Below are positions 14,201 to 26,200 of a stretch of DNA of 64,000 nt, piece after piece. This stretch comes from Phoronis australis (taxonomy: Eukaryota > Animalia > Phoronida). The notes beneath the pieces are model-generated. The model did no database searches, had not been told where the DNA came from, and was given only the letters and a program-made list of their open reading frames with translations. Numbering within the stretch: position 1 is the first letter of the stretch; each line of letters opens with the position of its first letter. The stretch lies in contig NMRA01000134.1 of the NCBI GenBank assembly GCA_002633005.1, forward strand, positions 721,012-785,011, written 5' to 3'. Position numbers and translations under genes: made by a program.

Positions 14201-17200
14201 GAGCGGCCATGTAAAGTTAAAGTGATGTGCACAAAATAAGGACGTTGATGAAATAGCCAAGTCGAGGAATATTGAAGTGGAATTGGCAACTGGATGTTAT
14301 TTTTTGTTGGTGGAATGATCTGAGTTATTGAAAGTGGGTGGAATAGTTTAATTTGGCACATTTTAACATTTAAACTAGTAGAGGTTGTGGGGTCTGAACA
14401 AGCATTAGTGACATAAGGGATAGGGATGTGTCCAATATTCACCTATTAAGTGTTAGTATTGTATGGCTTGGGTAGAACTTTACATACTTTGAAATGTGAT
14501 TGTGACTTTATGTAGGCGGCGAAGGTCTGATACGAGTGACATGACATCTGTTACGTAAGTTAATAATCCAGAAAACATGTAACAGCAGATAAACAGGCAA
14601 TATTAACAAAATGTTAAAAGTGAGGCTGCACGCGCCTTTGGAAACCCTATATATGTACCTTCAAACCAAGGTAAAACAAATTATTTTGAGACTTGAATAG
14701 GACAAAAGGTCCAGCTACACCCTGGACATAATGACTGAAAGGTGCCATTGAAATCCAAGGCTGGCTCTAATGCGAGTCCGTGTTGTGTGTGTGTAATCTC
14801 ATTTTAGTATAACATCATTTGTTAACACAACACAAAGTCACTTATAACTAGAGTTACACTAAGGTAAGTGTCAGAGAGCACAGAGGTCTGTTTCATGTAA
14901 GTGACTTAAGATGTAAATCATTCAGAACTTTGGTCTTATGTTCCAGTTATCAAGTATTTCTGAAAAATAACTATCGTGTCACCCTTGGCCAAAAGTGCAG
15001 TCTCTGAGAATAAATGCATAGCATCTAGTTGCAGAGATAATTGCTATGAATTAATTTTTGACTTTGATGTGTTCATAATTACTTGGCTAAACATTTCTGT
15101 AACTGTTCAGCATAAACCAAATTTCTGTCTTAAGTCGCTATCATGAAAAAGACCCCAGATTTAAGTCGAGCCAATTTCTAGTTCACGGCAATCTTCCAAA
15201 TAACTTTGTGGATGATGCCACGGTTAGCAGAAGGTTTGAGTCCTGGTCGGGGGCAAAAATCTTTTCAGACTTATATTCATGTAGCCAAAAGATGTTGTGC
15301 TGACAAAATGTTTGCAACATATTTTCCATGCCATATTGAAAGTGGCATATTTAGATACAAATTGAAAATAGTTTGCATATGAAAATATCTGTTATTTTAC
15401 AACCGTCAAAAGTCCATCCTAAGTGGTGATAAATCTACATTATTAAGTCAAACTATAGATTATAATGAAGAGATACATAGGTCACTACTCTAAACTATGT
15501 TATCTTCCTGACTTGTATCTTGGTATGATTCACGTTGCATATGTGATGTGAGCTGCCTTCTATTTACGGCTAACTGAGTAGCTGTCTTGTATGCTACAAA
15601 CAGAAACAAGTTTGAAATTGGAATATTTGGGTATTGAATTTTCTTTTTGAATTGTTTTTTGTTGAACATGACACAACATGCCTATTAAAACAAGTTCACG
15701 TATGTCGAATAGTTGGCAAAGATAAATTGAAGTTTGTACATACATGTGCTGCAACAGATCGTGATGAAGCAAGCTGAGTATAGTTCAATGCTTTTACAAA
15801 ACTGAACTTCAATACGCTAATGCTGAATAGATGGAGGAGTCGCATGAAGGTTGACATATCCAAATCGAATGGTTTATTACCATCTTCCTGAAGATGGTTT
15901 GTTTGTAATAAACTGAAACGTTGAATATGAATATGTCAATCTTCACACGTGCGCTTGTGATTAGACTCTTGCTACTATTTTGGCCATAAAGCAACATTGC
16001 TGAATAGATGCGTCACAAATTCAAAAAATAAAGTTGGACTAGTATCATTGTGATGTCAATACGCGAGATGGGAAGTTTATAGATGCTGTTTGCTAAACTG
16101 CTAAAACATACACACACACACTCACTGATTGTCAGAAATGTAAAAACATTCCTCTCTGGCCTAGGAATTAATTCATGAAGGACTGCATAACACGTAACTG
16201 GTGGAGGTGTTTCTCATTCTGTCACTTATTGCCGCAACTTTTGGTCACGGGAACAGTGTATACGGTGTATGTGCATAATTAAGTTTTTACGCCAACATCC
16301 GAAACAATATGTTTCACTCAGAATTTTGTTTAACGTAGAAGTGTTTCATATACATGCATAAATTATGCGCTTTATCTTGGTTTGAGTATTAATGTTACAT
16401 TCTTGGTACTTGTACTTTATTTGTAGTTGACAGTGGATTCATACAATCTGTTACTATATGATTTGTACTAACTTTCAGGTTTTAATTCAATTCATATTTC
16501 TGGAGTCCATAATTCTCCATATTGACTGCTGCTATGGTAACGTGACGAGTCATCATGGCCTGTTGGTGTCAGTCTAGCTACTCTGATGGCGAATTCTGCT
16601 TGCTCTCAGCCATCGTTACTTTGAATTTGCTTTTGCCAAGCTGTTGTGACAGGGAATTCTGGGTGATTTTGTCTGATTATTTTTATCCGTAGGAGATGTC
16701 ATTGAAGGACATGTGTTCTACTCATGTGAAAGTGTTGAGATCAGAACAATTTGCTCTTAAAAATTTATGGGTTTAAACATTGATGGGGAAGAGTTCCACG
16801 TGACTTCATGATGTGTGCATTTTGATGCGTGTAGTTTCACTAGCACCACCTTGTGACTTTCAAGCACCTCATTGCTTGATAGCTTGTTGGTCTATATAAA
16901 ACCCACCGAGCTTTCTGGCTTTTTTGTGAAGTTAAGCAATAACATGTTAAGATTTTCCATTCAATTTTGTCGCTATGCTCTTTCAGTGAGGAGCCTGCTA
17001 GTGACGAAGAAGCAAAGTCGGATGAAGAGGCATCTGATAATGAGGCAGTAAGTCACTTTATGTTTGGCATATGTTCCTGTAATAAAAGTACGTGCGTCAC
17101 AAGCTCGTTACCAGAGATGAAAAGAAGACCATGGTTGGCGAAATAAGCTCATTAGTGATAAAGTACACAACTGCTAAGAACAGGTATGAAAATGAAATAT

Positions 17201-20200
17201 AGTTATGTAAAAATTATAATCTCTAGTGAGATGGACAATGAAAAAGCACAACAAGAGATGTTGAAGATAGCTCATGGCCATCCTTTGTGCTGTTGGAATG
17301 ACTGGGATTGTGAGTAGACTCTTGTTCTCTGAGGTCTAGTGCTAGTTCGGGTTTTTCAGTGATCAAGTAATAGACACTCTCCATGTATAACTATAAAAAC
17401 TGTATGGCAAAGAAAATAAATGGAGCTAAATGTATGCCAACTAAGTCATTGTTGAATTATGCAGTCAGTCTTGCACATTTCATTCTTAGACAACCCATTC
17501 TTAAACACTAACTGATTAGCAGACATCACTACCTTTTACCTGATTGTATTATTTTTGGTGTTAGGGGTTCCATACATTCACATTCCTCTCTACCTTTTAC
17601 TTGATATGCTATTTTGGTGTAAAGGTTCCATACGTCATTCACAGCCCTCACCTCTTTTTACCTGTGTTATTTTGGTGTAAAGGTTCCAATCGCATCATTC
17701 ACAATCATCACTATTATGTTCCATCATGGTGTCAAATGTTTTGTTTGCAGGAGGATGGTGACGAGGGTGATGAAGAAATGGACGAGGAGATTACGAGTGA
17801 TTCAGAGTCAGAAGACAAAGGTCAGTTTATGTAAGGCAGAGGACAGTGGTCGGTTTCACTTAATGCTGGATTCAATTCTCTTGACATAACACCATAAAGT
17901 TCCTTGACATCTTCACCACTGAAGTGTTTGATGTCATCTGTGTTGGATGTAATGTGAGTGCTTTCTGTGGCTTCTCAGTATGGGCACGCTTTAGCAAATT
18001 AGCAATTTTTCGATTAAGTGGTGACAAAATTAAATACATCTTTTTGTTAGGTGGCACAAGAATAGTTGGTCGTTGGGAGTTCTGGGATTGGTATCATGCG
18101 CAGAGGGATTTCCCAACGCTTTTCATCAGTTCTTTGTGGTGTCTATCATTCCTTCGTATTACCATGTTGTGTGGTTGATTATTCAAATGGTCTACACAAA
18201 ATGGTTGACTGGACGATGCAGTCGTATTTATTAAGTGTTTGTGATATGAAATTAGTGGTTTTAAGCACGTTAACAACAACCTGGAATGTTCTGTATTTCT
18301 GTTCTGCATCTATCCAAGTCCTAACAAAGTTTGCTTTCAGTTGAGATGTATGCACAATTTTAAGATAATTTTGCGTATTTCTGTTGATCAAGAATTCAAA
18401 TTTATTTGATGTGTTACACTCTTAATTGGGCAAGCAATGTTCACATCTAAATTTATTGTATATGACTGACTTTGTGATTGCATTTAAAAAGCATGGTCAC
18501 TGACCCATTGTTTTACAATCTATCCACGTAGAATTTTATTACTGATTCTGTCCACCAGACTCTGATAACATGCACGAAGACCTGGCTGACCTGACGTGTG
18601 AGATCTCCATCAAGGAGAAGCTGATTGAAGAACTGGAGGTTAGCCAGAAGAGGCTTCACTCTCTGAAGGTTCAGTATGAAGAGAAGTTGGACCAATTGGC
18701 CAGCAGGATAAAAGAGACAGAGTTGGAGAGGGACAAGGTGTTGTCTAACTTGGGTGAGTATGGGTGAGAAATTGATGGGGTGTGAAAGAGGGCAGGGTAT
18801 GGTGAGTAAGGCTTCACTCTTTGAAGGTGCATTATAAGTTAAACTGATTGGATAGCAGGTTTGTGGAGACGGACAAGGTGTTATCTAAGTAAGGCGAGTG
18901 TGATTGCAGGAGAGATGGTCTGTGCGGATAAAGGTAATGCACTCACTGAAGGTGCTGTTTATTGACTGTGATAACATTTTTCTATTAAGGTGCTGTAAAT
19001 ATCTGTTGAGTTAACCAGTGTGATGATTGATAAGCTCTTACACGACAGTGTTGGGAATGTGAATGTGAGAATTGACACATCCTCGCTTGTGTTACTTTAA
19101 TTAAGCTTACGTCCTCTTTGAAGAAACAATTACTAGAATCATTGAGTTTGTCACACAGTCAGTATTGCTGGGAATTCTGATGGTTACAGGTAACCTGGAA
19201 CATCTGACAGAAGAGAAGACAAAAAAGATCAAGCTGGAGTATGAGAAGAAGATCAAGGAGATGAGCTCGGAGATGAAGAAACTGCAGGCAGCGCAGAAGG
19301 AGCATGCCAAGCTGCTCAGGAATCACGCTCAACATGACAAACAGCTCAAGACACTGCAGCATGAACTGGCAGAGATGAAGAAGACTAAGGTATATAATAT
19401 CGACTTCTTCTGTCGCGGACAGTTCCTCTGTCGTGCACACTTTCTCTGATGCGCACACTTCCTCTGTCGCGCACATTTTGTCTGTCGCGCCCACTTCAGG
19501 TTTAGATTAATTTGGGATAGTTCAAAAGAAGGATCGTTTATAGTTACTGCAGCGCTAAAATTAAGAGAATTAATTGGTACTGGTTTGACAGGTTTGTAGT
19601 TGGGTTAACTCAGTTGAGACACTGCAGCTCAAACTGGTTTAGATGAAGAAAATTTGGGTGACACTTGGAATAAGATTTGTTTGGGACAGTGCAGTTGACT
19701 AAATTAAATAACAATGCACAATGAGCTGACTGAAGTGATAATTTACATTAGACACTTTGTGGTAAGTTTTGAAATGGATTCTTCAGTTGGGTGGGCGAGG
19801 TATGTTATGGAACCTTCAGGTAAAGGTCAGTCTGTAGTACCTCTAGGAATTGTCCTTGAAAACTTTTTTAAGATTCTGTAGCACCCAAGAAAAATAGCCA
19901 AATGTGTATAACTTCGTAACATCATATCTCATAAGTGGCTGGTCATCTTGGACATTTATATCAAATTAAATTTCGCAACGTTATTAATGCCAATGCCGCT
20001 GTTTTACTTTCACTGTACTTTTTACTAAATTTTACTTAAACACCACCTTTTAATGGTAAATTGGTAAGAAGTCAAAAATCAAATTCTACAGACTTTCTGT
20101 TCTCAGAAAATATATACTTTTACTGAGTTAAAAATCTCGTTCATTTTGACGTAGAGATTTGTCTAAAATGTACAGACTTGTCGATAAGGTCCTACATGAC

Positions 20201-23200
20201 CTGAACAAGAAGATATTTTACGTTGATGGCTCCATACAGTTATAATGAACTTACTATTGATTTGTATGTGGTAATATTTTGAAATAGTGATTGTTACCTA
20301 TTGGTGGCTTGGTTGTAGTTGAGAGCCTTGCCTTTGGGTTCCGATGAAGAGCCCAATATGGGCCCAAAAGCTAGACTATCTAGACTCTCGACAAATGAAA
20401 CCACGATGCCGATAGGTAACAATCACTATTTCGATACTATGTAATGGCATAAGTGATGAAAATGCATTCCGCATTGTAATATTTTGTTAGACAATTTCTC
20501 GTGGCCAACTGGGATTCCTTTTTCTATCGGCATTCATTGTGGAAGCAATATAGTGTGGATGTTTGATGTGCAGGTGAAGTTGATGAAGGATATCAAGCGA
20601 GAGACAGAGCGTAGCCGGGCAGTGGAGACACGCTCAAACAAAGAGCTGCACGCTTTACGCAAACAGCAGCGAGAGAAGGACAACTTGATCCGCACATTGG
20701 AGGCACAGAAGAACCAGAAAGAGGCGATACTACGGCGTAAACAAGAAGAGGTGGAGGCACTGCGGCGGCGCAACAAGCCCATGTCAGAGAAGGCTGCGGG
20801 GAGGGTGGGTAATTATGGAGCCAGGGGCAAGAATAGCAACGGTGCGACGTCTGGGGCTACTTCAGGTAGGTTATATATGGGAGTCAACTGATGGAAAGGT
20901 GGGAAAGGCTGCAGGGAGGGAGGAGAATTATGGTGTGAGAGGCAGGAAGGTAACAGTGGAGTGACAATCCAGGTTTAGGTTGTATTTCAAGGCGAGCTGA
21001 GGGTAGGGTGGCGAATAGTGGGGACTGGTGGCTACCTCAAGTAGGTCACGTGTGGGTGATTCTGTGGCGGAGATGCTGGAGTTTATTGTTTTGCTTTCTG
21101 TGCCACTGTGACAACTACTGACCAGAACAATATAGCACTAAGCCAAGCTGGCAGTGCTGTAGAGGAGGTGGTGGAAAGGGTGAGTCTTTGTAAGCTTACA
21201 GAAGGTTGTATGGTACACCGTTGTATGGTAGACGGTTGTATAGTAGACGGTTGTAGGGTAGACGGTTGTATAGTAGACGGTTGTAGGGTAGACGGTTGTG
21301 GAGTAGACGGTTGTAGGGTAGACGGTTGTAGGGTAGATGGTTGTCGGGTAGACTTTTGTCCTCTAAAACTGGTCTAATTTTCACAAACTGGCAATGGACA
21401 AAAGCCAACATTCAGTTTGAAAATTCCAGTGTCAACCAATTTTATGTTTGGATGCTCTCCTTCCTATGGAGCAATCGATGAATTTGTGAGTGAAAAGTAA
21501 AAAATTTATTGTAACTTTTGCATTAATTTGAGACGTGTCCTAAGTTAAGTTTGGTCAGCACGGCTCCTTTCCAATCCAGCTGAGAGCCACAGTTGAAAAA
21601 GCTGAACAGATTTGAAACTTCAGACATTTCACCAACCAAAATTATTTGAGTTTTTGTTCATGGTCATCTGCACAGACAACCTCTGCTGATAACTCGAGTT
21701 GTGTAAAGGCCGCTTGTCATTTTGTATGAATTCATTGGCATCCTGTTTTCCAGGCATTCCATCACAGCCGACGTCCAAGAAGCGTGTGAAGAGGTTGTTC
21801 TCGTCCAAAGCTGCCAAACAAAAATGGGATTCAGTGGAGAAGTGTGTGACGTCAACTGTGACCAAGAAGAAAACACTGGGTCATATGGAGAAAGACATGG
21901 AACATTGGCTTAAGGTTTGGGGAACTCTTTAAACTGTACTTTCCTCTTTGATGGGGAACTGGATATCATGGGAATCCAAACAATTTCTAAGAAAGTATCT
22001 GGAAAATGGCAAGGGGTAAACCCACAAGGAAAAATCTTGGAAAATTTCAGACAATAAATTAAAAGCTATTTTGGGGGAGGAAGTGCGAGTTCATGTGAGT
22101 TTTCTTGACAACAGTCAGTTAAAAACTTTTAACACGATGGTCGTCTACTTTATGCTGGAAAACTTATACTTACGGAAAAATGAATATATACTGGAGGACT
22201 TGTGGAAAATGAAAACACAATATTGATGACCGCCATGTCTAGGCTGCATATTTCTTTATATTATCTCCGGATCATTATCTGACGGACAGTATGCCAGTCC
22301 CACTCTGCCAACATGTGTGTTAACAAATATAATGTGGTAGAAAGTATTAAGAATTTTAAAAAGGTCGTAAGATCTTGCCTCATAGGAAATGTTGTCTTAA
22401 ATCACAGACGCTAATTTTCCTCTTTTCCCTGACAGATATCAGTGACCCAAATTGCAGTGGAATTTTCACCATTAACTTTTGTAAATTATTTACTCTGACT
22501 CATTTCTGCAGCAACGTGAAAGAAGCAGTAAAAAGTTAGAGAAGTTGGTTGCCAAACGTGACAAGGTGATCGCTGATGACCAGTTTGAGCAAGTGAAGGA
22601 TCTTAACGAGGAGATAGGTGTGTTGATAGGTGACATCAACTATATACAGGACAACATCACTGACTGTCAGAACAGTATCATGCAGATGGAGGAAGAGATG
22701 AAGGTATGCTGGCACGAGGTGGATTCACTAAACGTCTTGTCGTTATATGACTGTGGTGTACAATTTGCCGATGGTTTATTTGACTTTTGCGTAACTCCCT
22801 GGGCATTAACCTGATTGACAGTTGAAATAAGCACATACCCTTGACTACTAAAAATATTTTGCTTTTAAGCACCCACCCTCTGAGTTTTAGGCTTAGCTCA
22901 TGAGGGATCTCCTTGTGAGCCATGTCATTAAAGTAAGTAGAGCTTGGGTTGGTGTTATCGTTCAAGACATGCTTATGTTGTTCCAGCATTTTCATTTCTC
23001 TTGTAGGAGGAACTAGACATTGCCTCAGTGGTGAAGACTTGCTCCATGGAGGAGGCGCAGTACCTATTAGAACACCTGACCGAGACCGTTATTTCCTACG
23101 GACTGCAGTCGGCTCAGAAGGAAGCTGAACATCGGGAGCTTGAGTTGAGGCTGGAACAGCACGAGCGAGACAGTGCCATGCACCGTACCCTACTGCAACA

Positions 23201-26200
23201 GGTCATTGCTGACCAGTTGAACATAGAGGTGGAAGGACTATGGGGCACTGGTGAGAACGGTAAGGAGGGTAGTAGGAGAGGGTTGTAAGGGAGAGTGGGG
23301 AGAAATGAGAGGTAAAGTGCAGGTAATGAATAGTGGGAAAGAGGGAGAGCATGATAAGGACATGTAGAGAGAGCTGAATAGGCAAGTGAAGTAATGAGAA
23401 TAGGACAAGGACATGTAGAGAGAGCTGGATAGGCAAATGAAGTAATGAGAACAGGATAAGGACATGTAGAGAGAGCTGGATAGGCAAATGAAGTAATGAG
23501 AACAGGATAAGGACATGTAGAGAGAGCTGGATAGGCAAATGAAGTAATGAGAACAGGATAAGGACATGTAGAGAGAGCTGGATAGGCAAATGAAGTAATG
23601 AGAACAAAAGGAATGGGAGAGCTAGAAAAAAGTAAAGATTGCTCAAAAAGAAGGAAGACTGAATAACCAGGATGTGTGACTCAAAACTGAGGCCAAAACA
23701 AGTAACAAAATTTCCTTGTTATTCCTTGACTATTGTTGCAAATGAAAATCTTGTGCTGTTCAAGTTACTGCCACGAAGTCGTCGTTAATTGTACTGTAAT
23801 CACACTTAAATCGTGGTGCCACGCAAACAATGGTTCTGACTACTGTTAAAATCTCTTGGTCGGTGTAAATAGACCAATAGATTTTAATAATAGCTGTAAC
23901 ATGCCACCACCTCGGAGCGGTTTTAGAAAGTCGAGCAGTGTTAATTCTTGTTCAAATCTGTTGGTCAAATGAAGTACTTGAATCGTCAATAGATTTCTTC
24001 AAGGACCTTAGAAATGAGCTGAGTTTCTAATGACTATGAGTTATTTAAGAAATTTGATTTTCGGTAATGAAGGTATCCTTCAACCTTAAGACATGGGTAG
24101 TCAAAGTGGTAAAGTCCTGCAAAATTATTGTCAAATATCTGTTATGGGAGCAAAAAATTCAATTTACTGGACTAACATAAAATTATGTAAGTTTTAAGTT
24201 GTTTTTTGCCGATATTTTTACCGACTCTATGTCTAATATTCACCAACTGTCTGCTACAGGTGAAGAAAGCTCCAACAGTTCTAGATCAACCACACCTGTT
24301 GATGGGTATGTACTATGTGTCCCATGTTTGTGGTATGTGTGTACTGGGTGTGTAGTGTTTGTGTACCATGTGTGTGGTATGTATGAAGTGGGTCTTTAGT
24401 GTTTGTGTACCATGTGTGTACTGGGTGTGTGGTGTTTTTGTACCAGGTGTATGTGGTATGTATGTACTTGGTGTGTATATTTGTGTACCATGTGTGTTAT
24501 ATGTATGAACTGGATGTGTAGTGTTTGTGTACCATGTGCGTAGTGTTTGTGTACCATGTGTATAGTGTTTGTGTACCATGTGTGTAGTGTTTGTGTACCA
24601 TGTGTGTACGTGTGTGTTACATATTATATTATGTGTGTGTGTGCGTGCGTGCGTGTTTTAAACTAGTGACAAATGCTCATAGTTGGCTTTCATTGGTGAT
24701 CATGGCACCATGTAGATTTTTTGTAACAAGTTTGTAATTTGATCAATCAACAGAAATTGTTCTTTGACAGAACTGAATCCATATGCCAGAGGTAACACTG
24801 CGTTATCTGACACTTGTATGCCTGGTTAATGTAGAAAAGAAACTTAAGGAGAATGTATTCTTGTCTAATTGTGAGGATCGTATTAACTACTTTGCCCAAA
24901 CTCTGATATGTTGACCGGCGATCATTGAGTTAGTAAGATCTTAGAACTTTATAAACTTGTAACAATGACGTTACGGTTGTATACGGAGAATAAAAATGTT
25001 TCTTCTGGTAATTGCATGACATCAGTTGTCAAGTATTGTCACGCTAACCAAAATAATCATAATTGTTTCTGCATATTCTATTTCTCTAGTATTGTTGAGT
25101 CTTTTTTATAAATAAAGATGTGGACTCACCATGGGTCTGCATCACACGCATTTTTTCCGTTTAACTGTGGGACATCATGTACTGATCACTGTCTCGTTAA
25201 TTTTTTCTCTCCTCACGCTGCCATCGTAAATCGACGTGGACACACATACAGTATTTCCTATCTGGCCACCACTGCCATTATGTTTCTCACCCTGTTCTAC
25301 CTACGCTCTGATTTGCTCTTCTCATTCTAGTGCCAATTACTCCCCTACTTCTAACTTGTGTATACATTTGTTTTTTTAATTGAATTTAAATTTTCTTTTT
25401 TATTTACTCGAACCTGACGCTGGTCGCAGGCTGTCAAATCTGTTGATTCTTCGAAGAGATTTATGCGATGTGTTTTACCTCAACAAAGTTTAATATGTAA
25501 TTTGTTGCTTGTGATGAATTGTTTTAAAGAGGATGTTACTTATAGTTTCAAGTTTATTACATCACTGTTGTCTTTAGTACTTTGCAATTCTGCTCAATAT
25601 AATTATGTTGTGTATGCTTGTTGAATTTATCATTTAGCCAAAATGAAAAATAGTGTAGTTCTTTTCTGGTCTGTACCCCAACTCACTTGCAAACCTGTGC
25701 TCACCAACTAAAAAATGCCCACCAGGATTAATTTCAATTACCTCGTGTTTTTTTTGAAAAGCTGCGCAAAGGCACATAATCAAGGTTACTAACACTATGA
25801 TTAGCCAGTAGATGAGTATGAAAAAAATCACGCCATTTTTACTCGTTTCTGGTGGATTTACTTTTTAATTTGAGAAAGTGAGCAAGTAACTTATTACCTC
25901 ATGAAAAACAAACTCAGACAGTTACCAACTATGCTGTTTCACATTAGGTTGTAACTAATATAGCATTAGATGCTGTCTCCAAATTTAAGTTAGATAGATT
26001 TTGTTGAATTTATTTTTTTAAGGCTTTACTTGTTTAGCAGTCTCATTTATTTTAGTGTTGCTTTTTGCTGTTGTCGAATCTGACAAGAGCATTGCATTTC
26101 TGTGCCTGCACCCTTTGTATTTTGTTTTAACTCATGGTGTGCCCCTGTAGACTACTGGAGGCCCCCGACACAGGGAACAGTGCGGGAAGTGGAGGGTCCA

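Noticed and set aside
15210-15262. tRNA gene suggested by a B-box-like GGTTTGAGTCC
   Set aside because: No intact A box or cloverleaf; at most a decayed SINE fragment.
23203-23646. Repetitive minus-strand ORFs (147 and 109 aa), likewise 21108-21411 and 29873-30146
   Set aside because: Read-through of minisatellites.
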